A stretch of DNA of 64,000 bases from a virus. The DNA is taken from IMG/VR virus record IMGVR_UViG_3300019458_000616, positions 7,234 to 71,233 of that record. One strand, written 5' to 3'. Positions 1 through 9,211 of the stretch are shown piece after piece. Numbering within the stretch: the first letter of the stretch is position 1; each line of letters begins with the position of its first letter. The position numbers were made by a program, and so were the translations under genes. Below the pieces are notes generated by a model. That model made no database searches and was not told the origin of the DNA. It saw only the letters and a program-made list of their open reading frames with translations.

Positions 1-2
1 AG

Positions 3-638
3 CCGACCGAGGGGACGATCGAGGGCGAGGAGGTCTCCGCCGCCGACCTCCAGGGCGTCACCGAGACCGCGCAGCCGGCGGCGCCCTCGGCGAACGGGGC
101 GAAGGCCCACGACAGGCCCGAGGTCGACCTCCGCAGGGCAAGCCTCGACGCGGCTCGGGTCCTTGTCGGCTTCGCCCGCGGCGAGCTTCCCGAGACCGCG
201 GCCAAGGTCGGCGACCTCGCGAACATCCTCGGGGAGCTCAGCGCGCGTCTCTGGTACCGGAGCTCGGAGCTCCTGACGACGGAGCAGTGCGCGAACCCGG
301 TCCAGCGTGCGATCGAGGCCGCCCCCCTCGAGCGCAAGGTCGAGGCCGCGGCCCGGATGGGTGGGCTCTCGACCGCCGGCCGCGTCGCGTCCCTCTCGGA
401 GCCGCGGGCCGAGCGTCAGCCGACGGGAGGGGACGACCTCTACACGCCGGACCCCGCGACCATCGCGCCCCCGCGCGCCGGCCACGCCCGAGACCTCGAT
501 GAGGCCAAGCAGTCCATGGACACCCGCCTCGCCCGCATCCGTGCCGCGCGGAAGGACGAAGCGGCGATCGCGGCGCCGAGAACGGGACTCCCCGGGATCG
601 TGGACGTCGGCGACGGCCGGCTCATCGAGCTCGACTGA
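3..638 (+). CDS. Hypothetical protein, 5-prime truncated by window edge
   Basis: Frame open from base 3 to TGA 638 with the same codon style as the other genes. Confidence 0.55.
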   Translation, partial: PTEGTIEGEEVSAADLQGVTETAQPAAPSANGAKAHDRPEVDLRRASLDAARVLVGFARGELPETAAKVGDLANILGELSARLWYRSSELLTTEQCANPVQRAIEAAPLERKVEAAARMGGLSTAGRVASLSEPRAERQPTGGDDLYTPDPATIAPPRAGHARDLDEAKQSMDTRLARIRAARKDEAAIAAPRTGLPGIVDVGDGRLIELD

Positions 639-649
639 GGCCGCTAGCG

Positions 650-1357
650 ATGAAGGCAACGTTCAACGAGACGTCTCTCGGCCGCGCGGCCGAGGAGCTC
701 CGGCGCGGAGCGGGGCGCGGGCAGGGCCCCCTCGGCGTCGAGGGCATGCTCCGGAAGATCGTCCGGCGGAGCGGGCGCGGCTACCGCGCCTGCGGCCTCT
801 CGATCCTCGAGGAGGAGGACGACCTCGTCCAGGGCGTCTACGTCCGTCTCCTCCGGCGGCCGGACGCCTACGACCCGGCGAAGTCCCGGCTCACGACGTT
901 CGCGGGCATCTGCGCCGAGCGTCACGTGATCTCGCGAGCGTCGAGGCGCGACGTCTTCCGCTCGGCGGTCGCGATCGAGCCGCGCGAGGAAGGTCCGTCC
1001 GTCGACCTCCCGGACCGCCGGCGGACGCTCGAGCGGGACGTCTTCGCGGTCGAGGTCCGGGACGCCTGGGCGGGGCTCGTCGAAGAGCTCCACGCGCTCG
1101 GTCGCGTTCGCGAGCTCGCTGCCGTCGAGGCCCTCGTTGCCTCGGACGGCGATGCGCGCAAGGCCGCGAGGATCTGCGGGCTCTCGCCCGCCGAGATCCG
1201 CGCGGGGGCGAGTCGAGCGCTCCGGCTCTCGTCGGCGAGGACGCTCTTCCGGCTCGCGAGGGAGGACGGTGTCGAACCCCCTCCCCCGCCACCCCCTCCC
1301 CATCATCATCCGGGATTCGATTCAAGAGAGGAGAGAGAGAGAGAGAGAGAGAAGTAA
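650..1357 (+). CDS. ECF-like sigma-70 family protein
   Basis: Region-2-like EDDLVQGVYVRLL..YDPAKSRLTTFAG; C-terminal HTH-like segment ARKAARICGLSPAEIR. Confidence 0.7.
   Translation: MKATFNETSLGRAAEELRRGAGRGQGPLGVEGMLRKIVRRSGRGYRACGLSILEEEDDLVQGVYVRLLRRPDAYDPAKSRLTTFAGICAERHVISRASRRDVFRSAVAIEPREEGPSVDLPDRRRTLERDVFAVEVRDAWAGLVEELHALGRVRELAAVEALVASDGDARKAARICGLSPAEIRAGASRALRLSSARTLFRLAREDGVEPPPPPPPPHHHPGFDSREEREREREK
1324..1354 (+). repeat. Purine-only tract containing (GA)11 microsatellite
   Basis: 31 consecutive purines; perfect GA repeat at 1331-1352. Confidence 0.9.
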
Positions 1358-1454
1358 GAGACTCAAGAAGTTGAACTAGTCCCCTAGTCGAACGATCCGC
1401 GACGAAAGCCTCCCGCATCCGGATCGAGCCGGAAGGCTCCCCGAGGAGGAAGCG

Positions 1455-3008
1455 ATGGCGACGAAGACGAAGAAGCCGGGGTCGAAGCCGGCGAAGAAGA
1501 ACCCGAAGACCGAGAAGAAGGCGTCCCCCTCTTCCGCGTGGGGGAAGAAGGAGACCGAGTCCAAGGATGCTCCGTCGCGCGCGCGGGCGGCCGCGCCGGC
1601 GAAGGACGAGAAGAAGTCCGAGGAGTCCGAGGGATCGAGTCTCAAGTCGCCGGTCCTTCGGCGTGTCGAGGCGAAGATCAACGCGGTTCTCGCGAGCGGA
1701 GCGGACGCACCCGCTCCGGCCGCCTCCCGGCCGTCCCATCTCCTCTGGAACGGGGCGGCGAAGTGCGGCGCCTCCGTCCCGCTCATGGACTGCGTCGTCT
1801 CGGCCTCGGTGGTGACCTGCGGGTCGTGCCTCAAGCTCGCGGGCCGCGCCGAGGGCGCGCTGCCGACGTCGTCCACCGCGAAGGCGTCGGTCGACGAGCC
1901 GGACGAGAAGACCGCGCCGCCCTCCCCGCAGGCGCGCGGGTTCAAGGTCGACGACCTCGCGCCCGTCGTCCCGCTCCGGGTCGCCGATCTCGTCTCGCTC
2001 AAGCACCGGCAGCGCCCGCAGTCCGCGTACGAGCGCTCGCAGGTCGAGAGCCTGGCGGAGTCCATCGCGGCTCACGGGCTCGTCCACCCGATCGGCGTCA
2101 TGGCGGACGGGAAGACGATCATCTTCGGCGAGCGGCGGACCGAGGCCTACCGGTTCCTCGGGCGCGACACGATCCCGGGACGGATCTTCGAGCACGTCGA
2201 CGACGCGATCGACGCGGCGATCAAGGGCGACGAGGAGAACCAGGAGCGCGAGCCCGTCGACGCCATGACGCGGGCCGAGTTCCTCTCGACGCTCCTCCGG
2301 GACGAGGGGCTCACCCAGTCCGAGCTCGCGAAGCGGCTCGGCGTCTCCGCCGCGCGGGTCTCGCAGCGCCTCATGGTCCTCGACCTCCCACCCGGCGACA
2401 AGGAGCGCCTCCGGCGCGGGGAGATGACCCTCTCCGAGGCCGAGGCGATCGTCGGCGAGATCCGGAAGGAGCGGGACCGGCGTGCGATCGAGGAGAAGCA
2501 GCGCGCGGCCGCTCCGGCGCCGGCCCGCGAGAAGCCGGCCGACGACCCGAAGCGCGAGACCCCCGAGAAGGACGACGCGGGTCCGCCGGCGGGTGCCGCG
2601 ATGCCCCCCGCCTCGAAGCCCTCGTCCTCGGGGACCTCGGCGCCCGCGAGCTCGCCGCCCACCGCGCCGTACGAGGGCTACAGCCCGCGCGGCGGCGCGC
2701 CGAAGAAGCGGCTCGACCTCAAGGAGCTCAGCAACCCGACGCTCGAGCTCTCCGACGAGGTCGAGGTCGTCCTCCAGCGCACGGATACCGGCGGGGTCGA
2801 CCTCGAGGTCACGCTCAAGGTCGCGATCGACCCGACCTACCGGCCGGAGACGTTCGATCTCATGCGGCTCCTCAAGGCGGTCGCCGACCAGGAGCTCGTC
2901 CCGCACGTCAAGGCCGTCAACGTCGCGATCGAGACGGGCCTCCGTTCCATGAACCGGACGCCGAGGCCGGCGACCCGGGCGGCGGTCGCGCGGGACGAGG
3001 AGGAGTAA
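1455..3008 (+). CDS. ParB/Spo0J-family protein with HTH
   Basis: LAESIAAHGLVHPIGV..IIFGERRTEAY..ENQEREPVDAMTRAEF..LTQSELAKRLGVSAARVSQRL. Confidence 0.88.
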   Translation: MATKTKKPGSKPAKKNPKTEKKASPSSAWGKKETESKDAPSRARAAAPAKDEKKSEESEGSSLKSPVLRRVEAKINAVLASGADAPAPAASRPSHLLWNGAAKCGASVPLMDCVVSASVVTCGSCLKLAGRAEGALPTSSTAKASVDEPDEKTAPPSPQARGFKVDDLAPVVPLRVADLVSLKHRQRPQSAYERSQVESLAESIAAHGLVHPIGVMADGKTIIFGERRTEAYRFLGRDTIPGRIFEHVDDAIDAAIKGDEENQEREPVDAMTRAEFLSTLLRDEGLTQSELAKRLGVSAARVSQRLMVLDLPPGDKERLRRGEMTLSEAEAIVGEIRKERDRRAIEEKQRAAAPAPAREKPADDPKRETPEKDDAGPPAGAAMPPASKPSSSGTSAPASSPPTAPYEGYSPRGGAPKKRLDLKELSNPTLELSDEVEVVLQRTDTGGVDLEVTLKVAIDPTYRPETFDLMRLLKAVADQELVPHVKAVNVAIETGLRSMNRTPRPATRAAVARDEEE

Positions 3009-3085
3009 TTGCCTCGAGAGGTCGGGAACTCCACGCGAGGCCCGGGTTTTCCCCTTTCCCCCGGGCCCTCCGATCGGAGGGGGAC

Positions 3086-3101
3086 GTTAAGCCCCCTTAA
3101 C
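3086..3101. promoter_or_regulatory. Dispersed palindrome copy 1 GTTAAG-CCCC-CTTAAC
   Basis: Intergenic, about 78 bp after the ParB stop. Confidence 0.85.
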
Positions 3102-3188
3102 GGACCTCCCTCCGCTCGGAGCCTCCCGACCTTCGATCCGATCGCGCTCGCGTCGAGCACGGGGAGCCGGATCGAGCCGGCGATCCTC

Positions 3189-3362
3189 GTGACGGAGAAG
3201 CTCGAGCCCGTCCTGCTCTCTGTCCGCGTCGTGATCGTGGGGCCGAAGGGCGGGCAACTCCGCGTCGACCTCCCGCTCGATCGCCGGGCCTGCCGTGAGC
3301 TCGCGGCCGTCCTCGGAGTCGCGATCCCGCTCCTTGACGCCTCGGCGCTCCTCCGTGGCTGA
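3189..3362 (+). CDS. Small hypothetical protein
   Basis: Short ORF with typical codon usage; start uncertain. Confidence 0.4.
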   Translation: MTEKLEPVLLSVRVVIVGPKGGQLRVDLPLDRRACRELAAVLGVAIPLLDASALLRG

Positions 3363-3894
3363 CCGAGGCCGATCCCCTCCGGCCGCCCTCCACCTCCTTC
3401 GCGTCCTCCGCCGGCTCGCCCGGCGTGTCCGGCTCCCCGATGACCCGCTCGCCCGAGGCCTCGAGGGCCTCTGGCGGACGCAGGCGCGCGTCGTCCGCGC
3501 CCGCGAGCTCGTCCTCCGGCTCCTTGGCCGGCTCGTTCTCGCCCAGGTCCGGACCGAGGGCCGCGTTTCGACGCTCAAGCGCGCCCGGAGGGCCCGGGCC
3601 GAGCTCCTCTTCTCGAGCGCCCCGGATGACCCGGAGCTCGGCACCCTCTCGCCCGCGCGTCAGAAGGCCCGGATCGCCGTCCGGCTCCGAGCGGACGACG
3701 AGCGCCTCGGCGAGGCCGAGGAGCTGGCCCGGGCCGCGAAGGCGCTCGCCCGTTACGCGGAGAGCGTCCTCGAGCACGCCACGGCGGCGAAGGAGGTTCT
3801 TCGCCAGCAGGTCGACCTGATCCGCGAGGAGCGCGCCCGGGGGACGATTCGCTTCTCGCGGCTCGACGGGAAGGCTCATCGCGGAGACGCATGA
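3355..3894 (+). CDS. Hypothetical helical protein
   Basis: GTG start overlapping the previous stop; helical composition. Confidence 0.5.
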   Translation: MADRGRSPPAALHLLRVLRRLARRVRLPDDPLARGLEGLWRTQARVVRARELVLRLLGRLVLAQVRTEGRVSTLKRARRARAELLFSSAPDDPELGTLSPARQKARIAVRLRADDERLGEAEELARAAKALARYAESVLEHATAAKEVLRQQVDLIREERARGTIRFSRLDGKAHRGDA

Positions 3895-3929
3895 GGCGCC
3901 TCCCGGCAGACGGAAGACGGAGACGCGAG

Positions 3930-5081
3930 ATGGCCGACAAGGTCAAGGCCGCCAAGGGCGGCAAGGACGGACGATCGGACGAGGATCGGACGAAGGCGCG
4001 GATCAAGGAGAAGACCGACGAGAACGCCCGGAAGAACGCGATCGACAAGGAGGCCGAGGCGCTCGAGGAACTCGCGGCCGCGGGGGCGGACGGCGGCGAC
4101 GAGCCGGAGGAGCGGGAGGATCGGATCGCGCGCGAGGCGTCGGGCCCGAGGGACGAGGAGCCGGAGGAGGACGGCGACGAGCCGGACGGCGAGGAGGAGC
4201 CGGACGACGTCGACGAGGAGGAGGACGGCGACGACCAGGACGCGGACGATGACGGCGAGGAGGTCGAGAAGCCGCGCGCCAAGCCGGTGGGGAAGAAGGA
4301 CGGGAACGGCAAGAAGGCGGCCGCCCAGGCCTGGGACGAGGTCGGCTGGGAAGACGAGTCGATCCAGTCCGGGGGGAAGTTCCTCCCGAAGTACCGCGGC
4401 AAGCGGGGCCGGCGGGATGTCATCCACGTCATGCCCGTTCCGGGGATCAAGCTCCCCGTCCGGGTCGGGACGCACTGGGACAACAAGCGCAAGGCCTACC
4501 ACAACTGCTCGCGTCTCCCGACCTGCCCCGCGTGCAAGAAGCTCGGCGAGGACACCGCGTCCGACCGCTACGCGGTCCCGATCGTCCACATCCGGAGCGC
4601 CATCAAGAAGGACGTCGAGCCGGTCGGGAAGGTCATGATCTGGATCTTCGGCAAGGACAAATACGAGCAGATGCGCGACGTCGTCCTTCCCGAGGCCCGC
4701 GAGCTCGGCAAGGACATCACGGGTGTCGACATCGTCGTCAACTGCCTCGACTCGCAGATGCAGCGCCTGACGCTCTCCGTCTCGCAGCGGTTCGAGCTCA
4801 AGAAGAGCCACGTCGCCGCGTGGAAGGAGGACGGGATCGAGCGGTTCAAGGCCTGGCTTTCCGAGGAGTTCACGGACGAGGCGATCGCGAAGAGCCTCGT
4901 CCGGGAGCGGAGGTCGACGGAGTTCGATCCCGACAAGTTCGACGAGGACGACGGGGACGACCGCGTCATGCTCGACCGGCCCGGGCGGCGGAACCGGCGC
5001 CGGCGCGACGACGATCGCGAGGACGAGGACGACGTCGGTGCCGAGCTCGAGGACCTTGTCGGCGACGGCGAGGACCTCTGA
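3930..5081 (+). CDS. Probable gp32-like single-stranded DNA-binding protein with acidic extensions
   Basis: H..C....CPAC zinc motif, KVMIWIFGKDKY, GVDIVV; acidic termini; lies upstream of recA. Confidence 0.6.
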   Translation: MADKVKAAKGGKDGRSDEDRTKARIKEKTDENARKNAIDKEAEALEELAAAGADGGDEPEEREDRIAREASGPRDEEPEEDGDEPDGEEEPDDVDEEEDGDDQDADDDGEEVEKPRAKPVGKKDGNGKKAAAQAWDEVGWEDESIQSGGKFLPKYRGKRGRRDVIHVMPVPGIKLPVRVGTHWDNKRKAYHNCSRLPTCPACKKLGEDTASDRYAVPIVHIRSAIKKDVEPVGKVMIWIFGKDKYEQMRDVVLPEARELGKDITGVDIVVNCLDSQMQRLTLSVSQRFELKKSHVAAWKEDGIERFKAWLSEEFTDEAIAKSLVRERRSTEFDPDKFDEDDGDDRVMLDRPGRRNRRRRDDDREDEDDVGAELEDLVGDGEDL

Positions 5082-5083
5082 TC

Positions 5084-5296
5084 GTGCGTGTGCCTCGATA
5101 TCTGCTTCGCAGGCGATGGGTCGAGGCTCACGAGACGCGGACGCGGAACGCTCGGCGACGATTTCGACGAAAGACGCCTTGGAAGACGGTCGACAAGTTC
5201 GAGTCGGCCGAGGTCGCCATCGCGGCGATCCCGCCGGTGGCCGGCCTCTACGAGTACGGCGTCTTCCACCGCGGGCGCCGCGTCGTGTGGCCGTGA
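5084..5296 (+). CDS. Small hypothetical protein
   Basis: Short ORF coupled to its neighbours. Confidence 0.4.
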   Translation: MRVPRYLLRRRWVEAHETRTRNARRRFRRKTPWKTVDKFESAEVAIAAIPPVAGLYEYGVFHRGRRVVWP

Positions 5297-5673
5297 GGGC
5301 TCGCGTCCGCGTCCGAGGTCCGAGGACCCCCTTCGAGAAGGGGCGGTGGGACCTCCTCTTCGAGAGGGAGGTCCTCGGGCCGCGGCGACGCCACGGCGAG
5401 ATCCTCCGCTACCGCTACGGCGGGATCCGTCTCCTGATCACGGTCTGCGACGTCGACGGGAAGCGGAGCCCGACTTTCTACACGCCGGACTGGTTCGTCC
5501 TCTTTCCCGACGGGGCTGTGGAGCTCTGGGAGGTCAAGGGGTTCTGGCATCGCGACGCTCGACTGAAGGTCAAGCTCGCGGCGGAGGCCTGGCCCGAGTT
5601 TCGGTTCGTCGCCTGGACGCGCCAGACGAAGAAGGAGGGCGGGGGATGGCGGTCGGAGGTCTTCGGGCCGTGA
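5293..5673 (+). CDS. PD-(D/E)XK phage endonuclease (DUF1064-like)
   Basis: FYTPDWFV....VELWEVKGFW..DARLKVKLAA. Confidence 0.72.
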   Translation: MRARVRVRGPRTPFEKGRWDLLFEREVLGPRRRHGEILRYRYGGIRLLITVCDVDGKRSPTFYTPDWFVLFPDGAVELWEVKGFWHRDARLKVKLAAEAWPEFRFVAWTRQTKKEGGGWRSEVFGP

Positions 5674-5936
5674 AAGCGCATGACGTTCGACGGCTGAGGC
5701 CGTGCGCCATCTGCGGGCATCTCGGCCTTCCCGAGGCGTCCGAAGAGGGTCTCGTCGATCTCCTCCGGGCCGGCGAATGTCTCGTCCATGCTCGATGCCT
5801 CTTCCGCGCGGAGGGTGCGTCGGCGCTCTTCGCCCTGCCGGCCGAGGAGCGAGGCAAGGTCCGGGTCAACGACGTGCCGCGAGGCGTGTTCGTCGAACTC
5901 GCCGCCAGGGCGGATCGAGAAGGATACCGTGGCTAA
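5670..5936 (+). CDS. Hypothetical Cys/His-containing protein
   Basis: GTGA overlap; CAICGH and CLVHARC. Confidence 0.5.
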   Translation: MKAHDVRRLRPCAICGHLGLPEASEEGLVDLLRAGECLVHARCLFRAEGASALFALPAEERGKVRVNDVPRGVFVELAARADREGYRG

Positions 5937-6957
5937 GGCCGCGACCGAGGCGGCGGTCCTCGCCGAGCTCGCGAAGGGCCTTCCCTCGCTCCTCGTCCGG
6001 ACCGAGGTCGAGCGCTGGCCGCTCGGCCTCCTCGCGCTCGACCGCGCGCTCGGCGGCGGACTCCCCGCCGGTCGGATCGTCGAGGGTCACGGACCGAACG
6101 ACTCCGGGAAGACGACGCTCGCGCTCGAGGTTGCCCGCGACGTCCTCGACTTCCACCGCGGGAAGCGGAAGATCCTCTACCAGGACCACGAGGTCGCCCT
6201 CGACATCGCCTACGGCGAGCGGATCCTCCGTCGGCCGATCGGCGTCGTTGACCGGCTCAAGGACCTCCCCGCCATGTGGCGCGCCCACGAGGTCCTCCTC
6301 TTTCGCCCGAGATCGTTCGAGGCCGACGACCTCGTGACGCGGAAGCTCGTCGGGACCGGGAAGGTCGCGATGGTGGTCCACGACTCGATCCCGTCCATGG
6401 TGCCCGAGCTCGAGGACGAGGACGACGGGCTCTCGCCGCCGCCGGCGCTCGTCGCCCGCGCTCTGGGGACATGGCTCCCGCGCTATCGCCGGCTCCTCTC
6501 CGCGCGGCGATGCGTCGCCTGGCTCGTGAACCACGCGAAGAAGCAGTCGATCGGCTACCGGGGGAAGGAGCAGTTCCGGCCGTGGGTCCCCTCCGGCGGC
6601 GAGAACCCGCGCTTCTGGTCGGACGTCCGCCTCTTGATCGTCGGGTCGCGGAGTCCGGTCTATCCCGAGCGCGGCCGCCTCGTCCGCGTCCGCGTGATCA
6701 AGAACAAGACCGCATCCGAGCGCCGCGCCGAGGTTCCCTATCACGTCGACGGCCGCGACGGGATCGACCGCGCCCAGGAGGCGATCGAGCTCCTCGCCGA
6801 GGCCCGCAAGGGGCGATGGGTCGAGCGGAAGGAGGGAAGGCTCTTCGAGGCGGAGGGCCTTAAAGCTCCGCTCTCGGCGGTCGACCTCCGGCGGCTCCTC
6901 GACGGCGAGGAGGGTCGGGGCTGGCTCCGCGGGGTCCTCGGGGTCAAGGAGGCCTGA
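5929..6957 (+). CDS. recA: RecA/UvsX-like recombinase
   Basis: LDRALGGGLPAGRIVEGHGPNDSGKTTLAL, VVHDSIPSM, SGGENPRFWSDVRL, VRVIKNKTA. Confidence 0.92.
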   Translation: MAKAATEAAVLAELAKGLPSLLVRTEVERWPLGLLALDRALGGGLPAGRIVEGHGPNDSGKTTLALEVARDVLDFHRGKRKILYQDHEVALDIAYGERILRRPIGVVDRLKDLPAMWRAHEVLLFRPRSFEADDLVTRKLVGTGKVAMVVHDSIPSMVPELEDEDDGLSPPPALVARALGTWLPRYRRLLSARRCVAWLVNHAKKQSIGYRGKEQFRPWVPSGGENPRFWSDVRLLIVGSRSPVYPERGRLVRVRVIKNKTASERRAEVPYHVDGRDGIDRAQEAIELLAEARKGRWVERKEGRLFEAEGLKAPLSAVDLRRLLDGEEGRGWLRGVLGVKEA

Positions 6958-6958
6958 C

Positions 6959-7231
6959 GTGGTCTCTTTCGCGGGCGGCGGCGAGGAGCGGCTCGAGCTC
7001 CTCGAGACCTCGATCCGGTGGGAGCCGCGGCGGACGCCGGCGGCCGACGTCGCGGGTTGGTTCGGGCGCGTCGTGGAGCAGTTCCGCGGGGCGAAGGGTG
7101 ACCTCGAGACGCTCCAGGTCGAGCAGGTTCCGGTCGAGAAGGAGCCGGGCGTCTACCGGCTCGTCTTCCGCTGCAAGGGACTCCCGGGCGCGGACACGAG
7201 CCGCGCGGTCGAGTTCGGGTGGGGCGGATGA
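6959..7231 (+). CDS. Hypothetical protein
   Basis: Fills the gap in the operon. Confidence 0.5.
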   Translation: MVSFAGGGEERLELLETSIRWEPRRTPAADVAGWFGRVVEQFRGAKGDLETLQVEQVPVEKEPGVYRLVFRCKGLPGADTSRAVEFGWGG

Positions 7232-7422
7232 TCCAGGGGGGAATGGTCGGGATCGAGGGCCGGGAGGCGGACGGGCTCATGCTCGCGAAGAACGACCGCG
7301 GCCTCCGAGCCGCGAATCGCGAGCTCGACCGACGCGGAGTTCCCCGAGAGCATCGTCTGGCGCTTCTCCACGGCGAGGGGTTCGCGCTCTGGTACCTCCG
7401 ACCGAAGGAGGCGCGAGTGTGA
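7228..7422 (+). CDS. Small hypothetical protein
   Basis: ATGA/GTGA coupling on both sides. Confidence 0.45.
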   Translation: MIQGGMVGIEGREADGLMLAKNDRGLRAANRELDRRGVPREHRLALLHGEGFALWYLRPKEARV

Positions 7423-8693
7423 TTCAGCGCATCCGAGCCCGTGCCTATCGCTCGCTCCACTTCGTGGATCTCGACCTCTCGCCTCGCGTGACCGCGATCG
7501 TGGGGCCGAGCGATCAAGGGAAGTCGAACGTCGTCCGCGCGCTCCGGGACCTCTTCTTCGGCGCCCGCGGCGCCGGTCTCGTCGAGCGCGGCGAGAAGGC
7601 GGCCGAGGTCGAGGTCGAGCTCGACGACGGGCGCGCCGTCAACCTCCGCAAGGGCGGCAAGGTCAACGAGCTCATGGTCCTTTTTCCGGACGGACCGGTG
7701 TCCGCGACCCGAACCTTCTCGGGCCACGGGTCCGTGACGCCGAAGGAGGTCCAGGACGTCCTCGGCGTTCGCGAGGTCGAGGTCGACCGAGGCGTCTCGG
7801 TTCGGCCGAACCTCGTCGAGCAGCTCGACCGCTCCGAGCCGTTCCTTCTTCGCGAGCCGGGTTCCGTCGTGGCGCGCGTGATCGGCCTCCTCTCCGGCCT
7901 CCATGTCGTTCATGCGGCCGTACGGGAGGCGCAAGCGGACGCGCAGGCGCGCGACCGAGACGCCGCAGCGGCGGAGGAGGCGGAGCGATCGGCGATCGAA
8001 CGCGAGGGCCCGCAGCGGGAGAAGGTCGAGCGGTATCGCGGCGCTCGCGAGGAAGCGGCGTCGCTCCTCAAGGGCGCGCGGAAGGCCGAGGACGCGGCGA
8101 CGGACCTCTCCGTCGCGCGAGAACGGCTCTCCCGCCTCCTCGACCAGCTCGAGGACGCCGCCGACTCGGCGAGGAGGCTCGAGCCGTCGCGGGCGGCGCG
8201 AGAGCAGCTCGAGGTCTCGGTGAGGGGACGCGAGAGGGCCGCCTGGATCGGCGAGGATCTCGGCGGTCTCGATCGACTTCGCCTCCGCGTCGACGGGCTG
8301 CGGTCCCGACGCGACCGCCTCTCGCGCGTCGTACCCATCCCGACCGTCGTTTCCGAGGTCGATCGGGTCGCGTCTCGGGCTCGCGGCCTCGGCCAGGCTC
8401 TCCGGGGCCTCGATCATCTCATCGCGCTCGACGCCGCGGCGGGGGAGAAGCACCAGGCGTTGTCGGTGGCCCCCGCGCTTTGCGCGAACGCGGCCGCTGC
8501 CCGCGCATCGGGGGAGAAGGCGGACGCCCTGCGCGAGGCCGCTCGGCGGGAGCGGCTTCACGTTCGCGAGGTCGACGACGCCGTTGCGAGGAGGGACGCC
8601 GCGGAGCGCGAGCTCGAGGCGGCGCGGAGAGCGCTCCGAGCGGTTCCGGCATGTCCGCTCTGCGGGAGCCGGCTCGGGGAGGGCGCGCGATGA
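7419..8693 (+). CDS. SbcC/Rad50-like ATPase, N-terminal half
   Basis: Walker A IVGPSDQGKSNVVRAL, Q-loop region EQLD, coiled coil, ends in zinc-hook CPLCG; no Walker B. Confidence 0.85.
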   Translation: MIQRIRARAYRSLHFVDLDLSPRVTAIVGPSDQGKSNVVRALRDLFFGARGAGLVERGEKAAEVEVELDDGRAVNLRKGGKVNELMVLFPDGPVSATRTFSGHGSVTPKEVQDVLGVREVEVDRGVSVRPNLVEQLDRSEPFLLREPGSVVARVIGLLSGLHVVHAAVREAQADAQARDRDAAAAEEAERSAIEREGPQREKVERYRGAREEAASLLKGARKAEDAATDLSVARERLSRLLDQLEDAADSARRLEPSRAAREQLEVSVRGRERAAWIGEDLGGLDRLRLRVDGLRSRRDRLSRVVPIPTVVSEVDRVASRARGLGQALRGLDHLIALDAAAGEKHQALSVAPALCANAAAARASGEKADALREAARRERLHVREVDDAVARRDAAERELEAARRALRAVPACPLCGSRLGEGAR

Positions 8694-9211
8694 GCGTCGT
8701 TCGCCTTCTCGTGATGGGTGTCGATGCTCGCCTCTGCCTCTTGATGATCGTAGCGATGCTCGTCCGGTTCTGGTCGAAGGTCCAAGCCGGTCCGAATTGC
8801 TGGATCTGGATGGCCTCGCTCGACGCTCGGGGTTACGGGCAGATCAGCAAGGGGAGTAGCGGGGCGGGGACGGCAAAGGCGCATCGAGTCTCGTTCGCGC
8901 TCGCGAACGGATGGCTGGAACCGGAGGCGCATGTTCTCCATCGCTGCGACAATCCGCGGTGCGTTCGTCCCGATCATCTCTTTCTTGGATCGCATGCGGC
9001 CAACATGTTGGACGCTCGCGTGAAGGGGCGCATGCGGCACGGCGTTCGTCACCCGTTCGCGAAGCTATCGCCCGAGAAGATCCGGATTGCCCGAGAAATG
9101 CGCGCATCGGGGAGGACATACCAAGAGATCGCGGACCACTTCGGGGTCAACAATTCGACGCTGTACGAGGCGGTGGAGGGTGTGTCGTGGCGATCGTGCG
9201 CCTCCTCGTAA
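8690..9211 (+). CDS. HNH homing endonuclease with C-terminal HTH
   Basis: RFWSKV..CWIW..GYG..AHRVSF..VLHRCDNPRCVRPDHLFLG..ANM. Confidence 0.88.
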   Translation: MSVVRLLVMGVDARLCLLMIVAMLVRFWSKVQAGPNCWIWMASLDARGYGQISKGSSGAGTAKAHRVSFALANGWLEPEAHVLHRCDNPRCVRPDHLFLGSHAANMLDARVKGRMRHGVRHPFAKLSPEKIRIAREMRASGRTYQEIADHFGVNNSTLYEAVEGVSWRSCASS

